From an uncultured bacterium (lineage in GTDB: Bacteria; Hydrothermota; 32-111), in NCBI GenBank assembly GCA_965371715.1, contig CBDUZN010000002.1:1-45377 (forward strand): 45,377 bases of DNA, written 5' to 3'. Position numbers and translations under genes: made by a program. Under the pieces are notes generated by a model. The model had not been told where the DNA came from. It ran no database searches and saw nothing but the letters and a program-made list of their open reading frames with translations. Positions 10,173 to 20,583 of this stretch are shown here, in pieces (position 1 is the first letter of the stretch; every line of letters starts with the position of its first letter).

Positions 10173-10823
10173 TCATCTGAATAATGCATAAAAAATAATA
10201 TTTGTACCCATTTTTAATGCTTGCTCCCTTTTCTCCCACGGGTCCTTATGCGTTTCATAAATAGCCCATCCATCAGAAATATTTGTATTAAATGTATATA
10301 GAACAGACATTTTACCATTAATAAAGATACAGTAGGAAATAGGATTTCCTGTATAGTGTTCATGTATTTTTGGCATATCATTAAATTTGTAAATATTTGA
10401 GTAAATTTCATTATTAACAGGTAATTTTATTACATCTCTATCATCAAATAATTCATTCAGAAAACCTGTAATATCCCGATTGAATCCATAATCATCATCT
10501 ATATATAAAAACCCTCCATTTAACAGGTATTCTTTTATATTATCAAGTTCATTTTTCGAATATTTAAAACCTCCATGCCCCGTAATAAAAAGAAAGGGAT
10601 AATTCATAATTCGCTTATCTGATATCCTGAGAATTATTTGCAATGTATCCATTTTCAAATCGGTATTTTCATTAATATATTTTGCAAGTATTTTAAGACA
10701 ATGCTCATCATTGTACCAATCACCACCATTATATTTAATACGCACAGGAGTGAAATCAAATGCAGATAAGAAAAGTGATATGAACAGAATAACGATTAAT
10801 ATCATTATTCTGCGAAATACCAT
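10173..10823 (-). CDS. DUF4159 domain protein
   Basis: Signal/anchor, then VRIKYNGGDWYNDEHCLKILAKYINENT...YPFLFITGHGGFKYSKNELDNIKEYLLNGGFLYIDDDYG. This matches my recollection of the DUF4159 signature. Confidence 0.65.
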   Translation of the reverse strand: MVFRRIMILIVILFISLFLSAFDFTPVRIKYNGGDWYNDEHCLKILAKYINENTDLKMDTLQIILRISDKRIMNYPFLFITGHGGFKYSKNELDNIKEYLLNGGFLYIDDDYGFNRDITGFLNELFDDRDVIKLPVNNEIYSNIYKFNDMPKIHEHYTGNPISYCIFINGKMSVLYTFNTNISDGWAIYETHKDPWEKREQALKMGTNIIFYALFR

Positions 10824-11971
10824 GTTAAACCACCCTTTATAAGATATTCATTATTGTTAAAATTCAAATTGATTCCTGCATATAGATCTACATCTATTAT
10901 TTTTGTTATTATTGCAGAATATAATTCATTATTATCATTATAGGATATAAATAATCCAGGTATCAAATTTCTATTAAAAAATGCTTTTTCAATAAAACTA
11001 TTAATACTAAATTCCATTTCATTTTTATATGAACATATTCCATTAAACATAATATAATTATATTTTATTCCTGTTGATGCCTTTAATGTGTATTGCATTG
11101 AATCCATCTCTCCCATTACAGCAATATCTGAAAATATATTTGCATTGGCAAACCTTAAACCACATTCTACTATGTTCTCATTATAACCGGAATAATTTAT
11201 AAATGATGAAAGTGAAGGAATTATTCTATATAATAGTCCTGCTGCAATTTTAATTTCATTATTATATAAAAACATTGGTACAAAAGTAAATTTATTAAAT
11301 CTTATCGGATATATCAGAGTAATATCTTTTTTATAATCCTTATTATTAATGTCATATTCAAAAGTACCTGATAAATGAACACCCTTAACTGATAGAGATA
11401 CCCTTACAGGTAATATTTTTCCATTATCATAACCACCGAGAATATAACCATATTCCGATGAGTAACCCATCAGAACATTGTATTTATCTCTATCTATATC
11501 AGACATTAATAAAATGCTTTTATATTGTAAGTGCAATCTGTTTTTATAATCATAAGGATTCTCATTTATCATTGAAACCAATGTATGACTTCTTAAATAG
11601 TAATCATTATCCTTATAGTATAGTGAAGCATATATGCGATTTCTCAAATTACTGTTAATAAACCCAATTCCATAATTAAGATCATTTGAATATTCCTCAA
11701 TCATATATGCTTTTTCCGTTCGTCTATCTCTGAACATAATATTATAATCATAATCATAATAAATTGTTTTTAGAAGCATTCTATCATTAAGAATAAATTC
11801 ATTATCGGAAATAATCATTTCATCAAATACACATAATTTCTGTAAATACATTGTTTCAAGAAAAAATGGATATGTTTCAAATGAAATACTTAGATCAGGA
11901 ATTTCTCTATCAGGAAAAAATGCGGAAATTAATACTGGTATAAAGCAAAGTAATAAAATTAGTTTTCTCAT
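10805..11971 (-). CDS. hypothetical exported / outer-membrane protein
   Basis: Signal peptide (LILLLCFIPVLISA) and a Y/N/F-rich beta-strand pattern. Operonic with the flanking genes through overlapping stops and starts. Confidence 0.6.
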   Translation of the reverse strand: MRKLILLLCFIPVLISAFFPDREIPDLSISFETYPFFLETMYLQKLCVFDEMIISDNEFILNDRMLLKTIYYDYDYNIMFRDRRTEKAYMIEEYSNDLNYGIGFINSNLRNRIYASLYYKDNDYYLRSHTLVSMINENPYDYKNRLHLQYKSILLMSDIDRDKYNVLMGYSSEYGYILGGYDNGKILPVRVSLSVKGVHLSGTFEYDINNKDYKKDITLIYPIRFNKFTFVPMFLYNNEIKIAAGLLYRIIPSLSSFINYSGYNENIVECGLRFANANIFSDIAVMGEMDSMQYTLKASTGIKYNYIMFNGICSYKNEMEFSINSFIEKAFFNRNLIPGLFISYNDNNELYSAIITKIIDVDLYAGINLNFNNNEYLIKGGLTWYFAE

Positions 11972-12387
11972 TGACCAATAACCTTTATTGATACAACTCT
12001 GTCTCGTGGTTTGTTATCAAAATCAATAAGTATTATTTGCTGCCATGTTCCTAAAAGTAGATTTCCCTTTTCTATTTGAAATGTTTGAGATGTTTTTAAT
12101 AATGAAGAGCGGATATGTGAATAACCATTTCCATCATGCCATTTGTTATTATGTTCATATTCAATGTCTTGCGGTATATTTCTATTAAAATATTTTTCAA
12201 TATCATCTACTAACCCATCTTCATATTCCATTGTAGTAATACCAGCAGTTGAGCCAATAACAGCAACATTTACAAATCCTTCAATAATTTTTGAATTATT
12301 AACAATTAAAATTACTTTATCTGTTATATCAATTATATTTGTTTTACTATTAGTACTATAATTGATTCTCTTTGTATATGAATTCAT
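11968..12387 (-). CDS. YjbQ/UPF0047 family (secondary thiamine-phosphate synthase-like) protein
   Basis: Family motifs seen: IDITDKV..., GSTAGITTMEYEDGLVDD, HIRSSLL and GNLLLGTWQQIILIDFDNKPRDRVV. Confidence 0.8.
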   Translation of the reverse strand: MNSYTKRINYSTNSKTNIIDITDKVILIVNNSKIIEGFVNVAVIGSTAGITTMEYEDGLVDDIEKYFNRNIPQDIEYEHNNKWHDGNGYSHIRSSLLKTSQTFQIEKGNLLLGTWQQIILIDFDNKPRDRVVSIKVIGQ

Positions 12388-12952
12388 AGTATTTCCTTTT
12401 TGTCACATTATAAAACATATCCCTGAACCGTGTCAAAGGAAAACCAACAATATTAAAATAATCACCTTTTATACTTTTTATAAATACTGATGCTTGTTCC
12501 TGAATTGCATAGGCACCTGCTTTATCCAAATAGCTTGCCTTTTCCAAATAAACCCTTATTTCTTCATCTTCCAATTTATAAAATTCAACACTTGTTTTTA
12601 CACTTTCTACATGACTACTTCCATTATACAGCATAGAAATACCAGAATAAACATAATGCATTTTTCCGGAAAGTATTTTTATAATTCTATATGCATCATT
12701 ATAATCAATGGGTTTTCCAATGATTTTATTATCACAATAAACAATTGTATCACATCCAATTACTAAATCATTCCTATGTTTTTCTACTATACTAATAGCT
12801 TTTTTCAAAGCACATTCCTTTACAAACTTCTCCGGATTACTAAAAGAAATATTACTCTCATCAAATTCATGATTTACCGCAGTAAATTTTATACCCGATG
12901 AATTCAGTATATCTTTTCTTCTTGGTGAATCAGAGGCAAGTATTATTTTCAT
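12356..12952 (-). CDS. maf: Maf-like nucleoside triphosphate pyrophosphatase
   Basis: N-terminus KIILASDSPRRKDIL, plus GCDTIV, GKP and KAGAYAIQ motifs. Confidence 0.9.
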   Translation of the reverse strand: MKIILASDSPRRKDILNSSGIKFTAVNHEFDESNISFSNPEKFVKECALKKAISIVEKHRNDLVIGCDTIVYCDNKIIGKPIDYNDAYRIIKILSGKMHYVYSGISMLYNGSSHVESVKTSVEFYKLEDEEIRVYLEKASYLDKAGAYAIQEQASVFIKSIKGDYFNIVGFPLTRFRDMFYNVTKRKYYEFIYKENQL

Positions 12953-12958
12953 AATAAT

Positions 12959-12985
12959 AAAAAAAGGGGGAACAAGTTCCCCCCT
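12959..12985 (-). terminator. intrinsic terminator downstream of hup
   Basis: On the minus strand, GGGGGAA-cttg-TTCCCCC forms a 7-bp GC-rich stem followed by T7. The U-tract ends 6 nt before the maf ATG. Confidence 0.7.
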
Positions 12986-13009
12986 TAAAAATTCTTTTTT
13001 CTTTTCCTC

Positions 13010-13282
13010 TTAGTTCACTGATTGTTTAAACTTTGCGCCTGGTTTGAAATGAGGAACTTTTGATGCTTTAATTTTGATTGCTTCACCAGTCTGAGGATTG
13101 ATTCCCTTTCTTGCTTTTCTTTTCTTCACTGAGAATGTTCCAAAGCCAACAAGTGTTACTTTCTTTTTCTTCTTCAGTTCTTTTTCAATACCCTGAAAAA
13201 TTGAATCAACTGCCTGGTTTGCCTGTTTCTTTGTAAGTCCTACATCCTTTGCAACCATTTCGATCATTTCTTTTTTGTTCAC
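13010..13282 (-). CDS. hup: HU family DNA-binding protein
   Basis: 90 aa with GFGTFSVKKRKARKGINPQTGEAIKIKASKVPHFKPGAKFK. GTG start with AGGAGG 5 nt upstream. Confidence 0.95.
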   Translation of the reverse strand: MNKKEMIEMVAKDVGLTKKQANQAVDSIFQGIEKELKKKKKVTLVGFGTFSVKKRKARKGINPQTGEAIKIKASKVPHFKPGAKFKQSVN

Positions 13283-13321
13283 TAAAACCTCCTAGGTTTA
13301 TTTGTCCTTCTTTTAATCTAT

Positions 13322-13349
13322 ATATTAATCATTTTTCGCTTTTTGTCAA
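13322..13349 (-). promoter_or_regulatory. sigma70-type promoter, TTGACA-16-TAATAT (hup)
   Basis: -35 at 13349..13344 and -10 at 13327..13322 on the minus strand, about 40 nt upstream of the hup start. Confidence 0.5.
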
Positions 13350-13365
13350 GTGGGATTATGCAGTA

Positions 13366-15402
13366 TCACTGCATCTGAAGAAACAAGGGGGCGAGAAGGT
13401 CTTTATCAATAGCAATTTCAGGCATTTCTTTCAATGATAAACTGAAATCATATTTGAATATTTCTCCATAGGTTGAAACGCTGAAAGACGCTTTCCAACA
13501 GTGCAAATCACGGTTCAGTGATACTTGTGATGATACAGTTTCTTTGCTGACTAAATCATAAAGTAATGACATTCGTATATTAAGATGCCCACCGATTTGA
13601 ATTGTAGCACTTCCGGATAATTGATTCTTAATTATTGAATCTTCTCTGATATCCATAGAAGAATTTACTGATATGTTAATTTTCTTATCAGAGAGAGGAT
13701 TAAATATTTGTTCGCGAAAATATGAATTAATTGAATAAGTAATATCTTTAGTATAAATATTATACCTAATACTGGCAGTTGAAGTAACAGGGTATGATGG
13801 TAATATTGTAATGTTTGATGATAATGGATTTAGTGAGTCCGTATTAAAATTGTATGAAATAGAGTTGCTGTTTTTTAGAAGCATTCTTATTTTATCATTT
13901 CTTTTCCCCTCAAAATTATTACTTATTGAAAAACTTGCCGTTTTTACATCAGTTGTTGAGTCCTGATTTATTGAAGTATAATCTATAAACATATTTCTTG
14001 ATATTTTGAAAGATACTGCTGGAAGAAAAGTATGCCTAAATTTTGAGAAACCCAAAAAACCAAATGCCGATGTTCCATAAATTTGTGTATTAAAATTTGT
14101 TCCTGCTGACAAAATTCCCTTTGATGTCATCAAATTACTATTTCTATAATATGATAATGAAGTATTGGGCTTTAAATTAAAAAACTTGAATAATTTATAA
14201 TATGTATTGAATGAGTTATTCACCGATACCATATAATACTTCATTGTATCAGACACAGAGTATCTATAATTGTTTGAAAACTCATGTGAATGATTATAAT
14301 TTAATCCATTGGGAAGAATTGCCTTTATTGAAAAGTGTCTTATTTGTGAAACATAACCTCTGTATTTTGGTAAAGTCATTGTCAGTGAATTGTCAGAAAA
14401 ATTTTCATTATGATCTACTGCAATATATGGAGAGTATTTACCAATTCTTTTTGAGAGAGATAAAAATGTTTGAGTTGTTCTTTTTAGTTCAACAATACTT
14501 GTATCTGTATAATCACTAAAAAGAGAAATATCTGAAATGATATCCCATTTACTTTTAAGATCTATTTCATAAGGCAATTTATGTGAATAATCTCCACTTA
14601 TGGACCATCTTTTATTAAGATTTTCAAAAGCAACTGAACTGTAAAGATTAAATACAACATACGGTTTGACAAGCACTCTTAATTCATAATTTACTAAAAC
14701 ACCACGATTCTGTACCAAATCACTTGCAAAAGTCATATCAGAAAAATCATTTAATGCCCAGAAATATGTAAGGTTTCTTATATAGAATCCATTTAATGCA
14801 TCATATCCGGCATCTGGCATTAGAAACCCGGACTTCCTTGTTGATGCAGCCGGGATCAATGCAAATGGTAAAGCAAATACAGGAACATTTCTTAAGTAAA
14901 GAATTGCAGGAATTAATTGAATCCTATCATTCTCATAATATGTAATTTTTGAACCAAATATTTTATAATGTGGGTTTCTTACACTATCACATGTTGTAAA
15001 ATGTCCATTATCAATTTTTAATAAATTCTTATTAATAGATGTTATCTTTTCTCCGTAAAAATATCCTTTATCAATATGTGAATCACCACCAAAAACAATA
15101 CCCTTTTCTTCTTCATAATAAAAATATACTGAATCACCATTTATTGTATTGTTTCCTCTTTTCAGTATAACACTATTTAATGCCTTGAACACTTTTAATT
15201 CAGTATCTATTTCAGCATTTGAAGAAGTGATATTAAAATCATTTGATTTGAATACAACATTATTCTTGAGAATAACTATATTCCCATTTTCAAGCATTAT
15301 TATCTCATCTGCATCATAATTAATTGTTTTTTCACCTGAAACAATTATGCCTAAAAAAAAGACAAGAAAAAACAAACAGGATTTATAAATTCTTTTTTTC
15401 AT
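13366..15402 (-). CDS. lptD: LptD/OstA-like LPS-assembly outer-membrane protein
   Basis: Signal peptide. N-terminal OstA-like beta-jellyroll segment (YDADEIIMLENGNIVILKNNVVFKS...INGDSVYFY), followed by about 500 aa of beta-barrel-like sequence. Confidence 0.6.
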   Translation of the reverse strand: MKKRIYKSCLFFLVFFLGIIVSGEKTINYDADEIIMLENGNIVILKNNVVFKSNDFNITSSNAEIDTELKVFKALNSVILKRGNNTINGDSVYFYYEEEKGIVFGGDSHIDKGYFYGEKITSINKNLLKIDNGHFTTCDSVRNPHYKIFGSKITYYENDRIQLIPAILYLRNVPVFALPFALIPAASTRKSGFLMPDAGYDALNGFYIRNLTYFWALNDFSDMTFASDLVQNRGVLVNYELRVLVKPYVVFNLYSSVAFENLNKRWSISGDYSHKLPYEIDLKSKWDIISDISLFSDYTDTSIVELKRTTQTFLSLSKRIGKYSPYIAVDHNENFSDNSLTMTLPKYRGYVSQIRHFSIKAILPNGLNYNHSHEFSNNYRYSVSDTMKYYMVSVNNSFNTYYKLFKFFNLKPNTSLSYYRNSNLMTSKGILSAGTNFNTQIYGTSAFGFLGFSKFRHTFLPAVSFKISRNMFIDYTSINQDSTTDVKTASFSISNNFEGKRNDKIRMLLKNSNSISYNFNTDSLNPLSSNITILPSYPVTSTASIRYNIYTKDITYSINSYFREQIFNPLSDKKINISVNSSMDIREDSIIKNQLSGSATIQIGGHLNIRMSLLYDLVSKETVSSQVSLNRDLHCWKASFSVSTYGEIFKYDFSLSLKEMPEIAIDKDLLAPLFLQMQ

Positions 15403-15850
15403 TTATTACTGTGAAAATAATAAGTAATGAAACTCCAATCACAACAGAAGAATCAGAAATATTAAATGTTGCAAATCTCCATCTATTTATTCCAAAATCC
15501 AAAAAATCTATAACTTCTCTATATACAAATCTGTCATAGAAATTTCCAAAGGCACCCCCAATAATCATTGATAAAGCCGTTATCTTAAAAGGAGTATAAG
15601 ATGTTTTAACAAAATAAAACATTATAAATATTATTGCAATCACTGTAAGTACCATCATTGTATAATAATTCCCGAATCTCAAACTAAAAGCAGCATAAGG
15701 ATTTGTTACATAAGTGATACGGAAGAAATTTCCTATTACAGATGTTGATTCATATAAATGCATATTTGATGAAACTAATAATTTGGTTAACCTATCAATG
15801 AACAATACCAAAATAATAATTGGCATTGCAAGTATTAGTTTCCTTTTCAT
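15383..15850 (-). CDS. lspA: lipoprotein signal peptidase II
   Basis: Four TM segments, GGAFGNFYDR and the FNISDSSVVIG motif. Sits in the classic ileS-lspA neighbourhood. Confidence 0.9.
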   Translation of the reverse strand: MKRKLILAMPIIILVLFIDRLTKLLVSSNMHLYESTSVIGNFFRITYVTNPYAAFSLRFGNYYTMMVLTVIAIIFIMFYFVKTSYTPFKITALSMIIGGAFGNFYDRFVYREVIDFLDFGINRWRFATFNISDSSVVIGVSLLIIFTVINEKKNL

Positions 15851-15853
15851 ATT

Positions 15854-16210
15854 TTACCTTTGAATTTTATCTTTACAATCAAGACATAATTTTGCAAATG
15901 GAACTGCATTTAAACGCTTTTTGGGGATTTTGCCTCCACACATTTCACATATACCATAGGTATTATTAGTTATATTATTCAATGCTTCATCTATAAGTCT
16001 AATTTCATCCATTATACTATTAATATTAACGGATAATTTTTCCATCATTGCGGCATCTGAACCTAAATCAGCACTATGAAAAGGATAGCTTGAATTTTCT
16101 GATCCATGATTTTCATTCATTTTTGCTTCATAATCCTTCAAAAGAGATTCTTTTTCACTCTTCATTTTAGCAAGAAGATTTATAAAATGCTTTTTATTTT
16201 TCTTATCCAC
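15854..16210 (-). CDS. DksA/TraR family C4-type zinc-finger protein
   Basis: Coiled-coil N-terminus and CEMCGGKIPKKRL...CLDCK. Confidence 0.8.
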   Translation of the reverse strand: MDKKNKKHFINLLAKMKSEKESLLKDYEAKMNENHGSENSSYPFHSADLGSDAAMMEKLSVNINSIMDEIRLIDEALNNITNNTYGICEMCGGKIPKKRLNAVPFAKLCLDCKDKIQR

Positions 16211-16219
16211 TTATACCTC

Positions 16220-18970
16220 CTATTTGACCATACCAATGCACCTATCACATAAATCAGGATACTGTTCATTTTCTCCAACTGTTGTAGATATAATCCAGCA
16301 TCTTGAACACTTGTTTCCCTCTGCCTTTTCCGCATATATCAAACAATCAGGATTTTCCATTTTTATTGGATCCTTTCCTGATGGATTCTCAAGTAAAACA
16401 ACCTTTGACACAATAAATAATTCTTTCAAGAACTTATCATATTTTCTAAAAAGGTCTTTTAGTTCCTTGTTATCTGTAAAGAGCAAAACCTTTGCTTCTA
16501 ATGATTTGCCTATTGTATTGGAATTTCTCAAATTTTCAAGAGCAATATTAACCTTATCTTTTAATTTAATAAGGATTTTCCAATCATGCTCAAGCCGTTC
16601 ATTTCTAAATCTATTAATATTGGAATCAATCACTTCAAGATGCACCGATTCTTCCTTTTTTTCCATATTAAAATATGAATATGTTTCTTCAGTAGTAAAG
16701 GGTAATATTGGTTCAATTAATTTAAGCAAGTCCTTCATTATAGTGAAAATAGCTGTTTGTCCACTTCTTCTATCCTGAGATGTTTTTCCATAAGTATAAA
16801 GGCGATCTTTTAATATATCAAAATAAAAAGAAGATAATTCATTAGAGCAGAAATTGTGAAAATCCCTGAAGACCTTATGGAATTGATATTCATCATAATA
16901 ATTGAAAAGGTTTTCTTTCAAAACATCAAGTCGTGCTAATATATATTTATCAATATTCATCATATCTTCAAATTTCACTGCATCTTTTGAGTATTCAAAA
17001 TCATTTAGATTTCCAAGAATATATTTAAAGGAATTCCTTATTCTAAAATATACATCTTTTGGGGTTTTTAAACTTTCTTCTGCAAATCTCTGGTCCGATG
17101 TATAATCAATAGAAGAAATCCATAGTCGAATTATTTCTGCGCCGGTTTTTTTCGCAATTTCTTTCGGATTAAGAGCATTACCAAGACTCTTAGACATTTT
17201 CTTCATGTTTTTATCCAAAATTAAACCATGAGTAAGAACTTCTCTATATGGTGCTTTCCCTTCTGTTGCAGTTGAAACAATTAAGGCAACCTGAAACCAT
17301 CCTCTATGCTGATCAACCGCTTCAAGATATAAATCAGATGGCCAGCGCAATTCCTTTCTTTTCTGTACAACCGCTGCATGTGAAAGTGCTGAATCAAACC
17401 ATACATCAAATATATCCTCTTCCTTTTCAAATGATGCATTCCCGCATTTACTGCATTTCATTCCTTTTGTAAGTTCGCTTACATCCTTTTCAAACCAGAT
17501 GTCAGCTCCATGCTCAAATACCAAATCTCTTATTTTAAAAATGAAATCCTTATCCAATACTTCTTCACCGCATTCTTTGCAATAAACAACAGGTATAGGG
17601 ACTCCCCATGATCGTTGTCTTGAAAGACACCAATCCGGTCTTTCCGTTACCATATTAAAAATTCTGCTTTTTGACCAACCTGGAATCCATTTAACTTTAT
17701 CAATTTCATCCAATAATTTTTTTCTTAAATCATTATGATTCACATCTAAAAACCATTGCTCTGTTGCTCTGAAAATAAGCTCACTCTTACATCTCCAGCA
17801 AACCGGATATGAATGGATTATTTCTTCATTAAATACCAAGGATCCCTTTTCCTGTAGATCTTCTAATATATTTTTATTTGCATCAAAAACAAATTGCCCT
17901 TCATACTGTTTTACATAATCCGTGAATTTCCCCTCTTCATCAACAGGACTGACAACTTCAAGATTATGCTTTATTCCTGCCTGATAGTCCTCATATCCAT
18001 GTCCCGGTGCAGAATGAACAATTCCACTTCCGGTTTCCATTGTTACAAAATCAGCAAGAATTACTTTACACTTTTTATTGTGGAAAATCGGATGTTCGTA
18101 TTCCTTTCCATTATATTCTTCTGCTTCTTTAATTGATAAAACATCTGCTTTTTTAGTTTTAATACTGTCAATTACAAATTTTTTAAGTTTTCCTGCAACA
18201 ACAATAATACCAAAATCTGTATCAAGTTCTACATACTTTTCTTTTGGATGAAAAGCAGCTGCAACATTAGCTGGCAATGTCCAGGGTGTTGTTGTCCAGA
18301 TAAGAAGTGATTTATCTTCATTTACTAATTTTAATTTTACAAATATTGATGGTGCCTTTTTATCTTCATACTCAACTTCATTTCCAGCAAGTGCTGTTTG
18401 ACATTTTGAACACCAATGAACAGGTCTTTTTCCTCTATGAATATACCCCTTATCCACAAGTTTCCCAAAATGTTCAATAACTGTCCCTTCATATTCATTG
18501 GACATTGTAATATATGGATTTTCCCAATATCCGAAAATTCCCAATTCTTTAAATTCTTCTCTCTGAATATTTACAAATTTTTCTGCATAATATCTGCATT
18601 TTTCCCTTAGAATTAATTTATTAATTGTTTTTGCTTTTTCACCAAGATTTTTTGTTACATTATGTTCAATAGGCATACCATGACAATCCCAACCGGGAAC
18701 ATATGGAGCATTGTACCCTCTAATATTTTTATATTTAACAATAAAATCCTTCAAAATTTTATTAAAGGTTGTTCCAAGATGTATATGTCCATTTGCATAT
18801 GGCGGTCCATCATGTAGAATAAAGAAATCTTTACCCTTGCGCTTTTTCATGATTTTTTCATTAATATTCATTTGTTCCCATTCTTTCAGTAAACGGGGTT
18901 CCAATTCAGTTAAATTCGCCTTCATAGGGAATTCTGTTTTAGGTAGATTCAGCGAATCTTTATAACTCAT
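16220..18970 (-). CDS. ileS: isoleucine--tRNA ligase
   Basis: HIGH motif (PYANGHIHLGT), KMSKS motif (KMSKSLGN), CP1 editing region and a C-terminal Cys4 zinc finger (CSRCW...CDRC). Confidence 0.98.
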   Translation of the reverse strand: MSYKDSLNLPKTEFPMKANLTELEPRLLKEWEQMNINEKIMKKRKGKDFFILHDGPPYANGHIHLGTTFNKILKDFIVKYKNIRGYNAPYVPGWDCHGMPIEHNVTKNLGEKAKTINKLILREKCRYYAEKFVNIQREEFKELGIFGYWENPYITMSNEYEGTVIEHFGKLVDKGYIHRGKRPVHWCSKCQTALAGNEVEYEDKKAPSIFVKLKLVNEDKSLLIWTTTPWTLPANVAAAFHPKEKYVELDTDFGIIVVAGKLKKFVIDSIKTKKADVLSIKEAEEYNGKEYEHPIFHNKKCKVILADFVTMETGSGIVHSAPGHGYEDYQAGIKHNLEVVSPVDEEGKFTDYVKQYEGQFVFDANKNILEDLQEKGSLVFNEEIIHSYPVCWRCKSELIFRATEQWFLDVNHNDLRKKLLDEIDKVKWIPGWSKSRIFNMVTERPDWCLSRQRSWGVPIPVVYCKECGEEVLDKDFIFKIRDLVFEHGADIWFEKDVSELTKGMKCSKCGNASFEKEEDIFDVWFDSALSHAAVVQKRKELRWPSDLYLEAVDQHRGWFQVALIVSTATEGKAPYREVLTHGLILDKNMKKMSKSLGNALNPKEIAKKTGAEIIRLWISSIDYTSDQRFAEESLKTPKDVYFRIRNSFKYILGNLNDFEYSKDAVKFEDMMNIDKYILARLDVLKENLFNYYDEYQFHKVFRDFHNFCSNELSSFYFDILKDRLYTYGKTSQDRRSGQTAIFTIMKDLLKLIEPILPFTTEETYSYFNMEKKEESVHLEVIDSNINRFRNERLEHDWKILIKLKDKVNIALENLRNSNTIGKSLEAKVLLFTDNKELKDLFRKYDKFLKELFIVSKVVLLENPSGKDPIKMENPDCLIYAEKAEGNKCSRCWIISTTVGENEQYPDLCDRCIGMVK

Positions 18971-18972
18971 CC

Positions 18973-19599
18973 TTACTCCTCTGTTCCGAATAATCTATCT
19001 CCGGCATCTCCTAATCCGGGAACAATGTATCCATTCTTATCCAATTTTTCATCAATAGAACATGTATAAATATCAATATTGGGATATTTGCTTTGCACCG
19101 CTTCAATCCCTTCCGGTGAAACGATAATACTAATAATATTTCTTGCACATATATTATATCCGTCAAGAATTTCAAGTGTCTTAATTATAGAGCCACCTGT
19201 TGCAAGCATTGGATCAAGAACAAATATTTCCGAATCATCCGTGTTTTTGGGTAAATTAATATAATATGTTATTGGCTTTAATGTCTGTTCATCTCTTTTT
19301 AATCCAATAAACCCCACAGCAGTATCTCTGTACAATTCTCTGATAAGACGGGTCATTCCTATTCCAGCTCTAAGAATTGTAATTAGAATAACTCTATTCT
19401 TAATCATTTCTGCATCCATTGTTTTAAGTGGAGTTTCAATAGTTTCTTTTTTCATTGGAAGATTTTTAGATGCTTCGTAAAAAACCATAAATGATAATTC
19501 CTCCAAATATCTTTTAAATTGATCCGGATGTGTATTTTTATTTCTTAAAAGATTCAACTTTTCCTTTGCAAGAGGATGATTTACTTCAATAACAGCCAT
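18973..19599 (-). CDS. upp: uracil phosphoribosyltransferase
   Basis: 208 aa with ILRAGIGM, the PRPP loop VLDPMLATGGS, and YIVPGLGDAGDRLFGT. Confidence 0.95.
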   Translation of the reverse strand: MAVIEVNHPLAKEKLNLLRNKNTHPDQFKRYLEELSFMVFYEASKNLPMKKETIETPLKTMDAEMIKNRVILITILRAGIGMTRLIRELYRDTAVGFIGLKRDEQTLKPITYYINLPKNTDDSEIFVLDPMLATGGSIIKTLEILDGYNICARNIISIIVSPEGIEAVQSKYPNIDIYTCSIDEKLDKNGYIVPGLGDAGDRLFGTEE

Positions 19600-20309
19600 T
19601 ATGACTCCTTTCCATTTTTTTTATTTATAAGATTCATATATTGTTTTGCTTTGTGTTTGTATTTTGTATTTTCATTAATCAATAATTCCCAATCCTTTCT
19701 TGCTTTATCATACTTGTTTTTCTTGTAATACGCAAAACCCCTTTGAAGGAATAATTCTTTCAAATTCGGATTAAGTCTTATTGCTCTATTAAAATATATT
19801 ATTGCTCCTGACATTTTATTCATCTTCATATATGTTTTTCCAATAAGTAGTTTAATATCAGGGAAATCGCTTGATATTTTATCTGCATTCTTGTATTCAT
19901 TTAAAGCATTCTCATAATTACCTATTTCATAGTATAGATTGCCCAAATCAACATGGAGTTTAATTAATTTTTGTTTTATTCCAAACCCTGACCTGCCTAA
20001 TTGTTTTTCAAGTTCGGCTGCAATATTAAATTCATCACTTGCTTTTTCAAGAAGCCCCATTTCATTATAGGTTAAAGCAAGATTTAAATGTGCTTCCACA
20101 TATTCATTGTTAAGTTCAATTGCTTTTTTAAAATGTTTCACTGATTCTTCTAACTCTGACAGCATATTGTATGTTAAACCAAGATAGTTTCTCACATCAG
20201 GCCAATCAGAATGTTCTTTCAATGCATTCATAAAATTTATAAGAGCTTTTTTGTATTCACCTTTATTAAACAATGTCTTGCCCTTTTCAAAGTAACTTGT
20301 CTTTTTCAT
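19599..20309 (-). CDS. TPR repeat protein
   Basis: Several 34-aa TPR units (A..Y.kAlelnP pattern). Start moved to ATG 20309 because the track start at 20345 lies inside the predicted -10 box. Confidence 0.8.
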   Translation of the reverse strand: MKKTSYFEKGKTLFNKGEYKKALINFMNALKEHSDWPDVRNYLGLTYNMLSELEESVKHFKKAIELNNEYVEAHLNLALTYNEMGLLEKASDEFNIAAELEKQLGRSGFGIKQKLIKLHVDLGNLYYEIGNYENALNEYKNADKISSDFPDIKLLIGKTYMKMNKMSGAIIYFNRAIRLNPNLKELFLQRGFAYYKKNKYDKARKDWELLINENTKYKHKAKQYMNLINKKNGKES

Positions 20310-20335
20310 AATTACCTCTTTATTTTTAACAGTAA

Positions 20336-20363
20336 ATATTATCATTAAATAAATTTAAGTCAA
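20336..20363 (-). promoter_or_regulatory. sigma70-type promoter, TTGACT-16-TAATAT
   Basis: -35 at 20363..20358 and -10 at 20341..20336 on the minus strand. Heads the TPR-upp-ileS-dksA-lspA-lptD gene string. Confidence 0.5.
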
Positions 20364-20557
20364 TAGAATCGTTATTCGCCAGAAATAAACTATTTAAAAG
20401 AGGTATGTTTCACCAAAATAAATATGTAATATAAATAATAATATTGTTTAACTTATATTAAAATAAGCGGACAAAGACAATCAATATAATCAATACATTC
20501 TTCGAATTACTCAGAATGTACATCTGCGTACAATAATTTTATCAATGTATTATCTTT

Positions 20558-20583
20558 GTAGGGGCGGTTCGCGAACCGCCCAT
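20558..20583. repeat. GC-rich hairpin module GTAGGGGC...GCCCAT
   Basis: Perfect 20-bp palindrome GGGCGGTTCGCGAACCGCCC (20562..20581) in an otherwise AT-rich spacer. The same flanks occur at 30980, 31058 and (variant) 21551. Confidence 0.8.

Noticed and set aside
16224-18965. Several 60-184-aa plus-strand ORFs inside ileS, and similar antisense ORFs inside the atpA/atpB, lptD and LTD-protein genes
   Set aside because: They are antisense shadows of long, well-supported genes in AT-rich DNA, with no RBS or recognisable domains.
20558-20583. GC-rich segments (also 30980-31090 and 36014-36197) as tRNA or other small RNA genes
   Set aside because: No cloverleaf (acceptor, D, anticodon and T arms) could be folded by eye. 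They are single hairpins or mosaic repeat modules.
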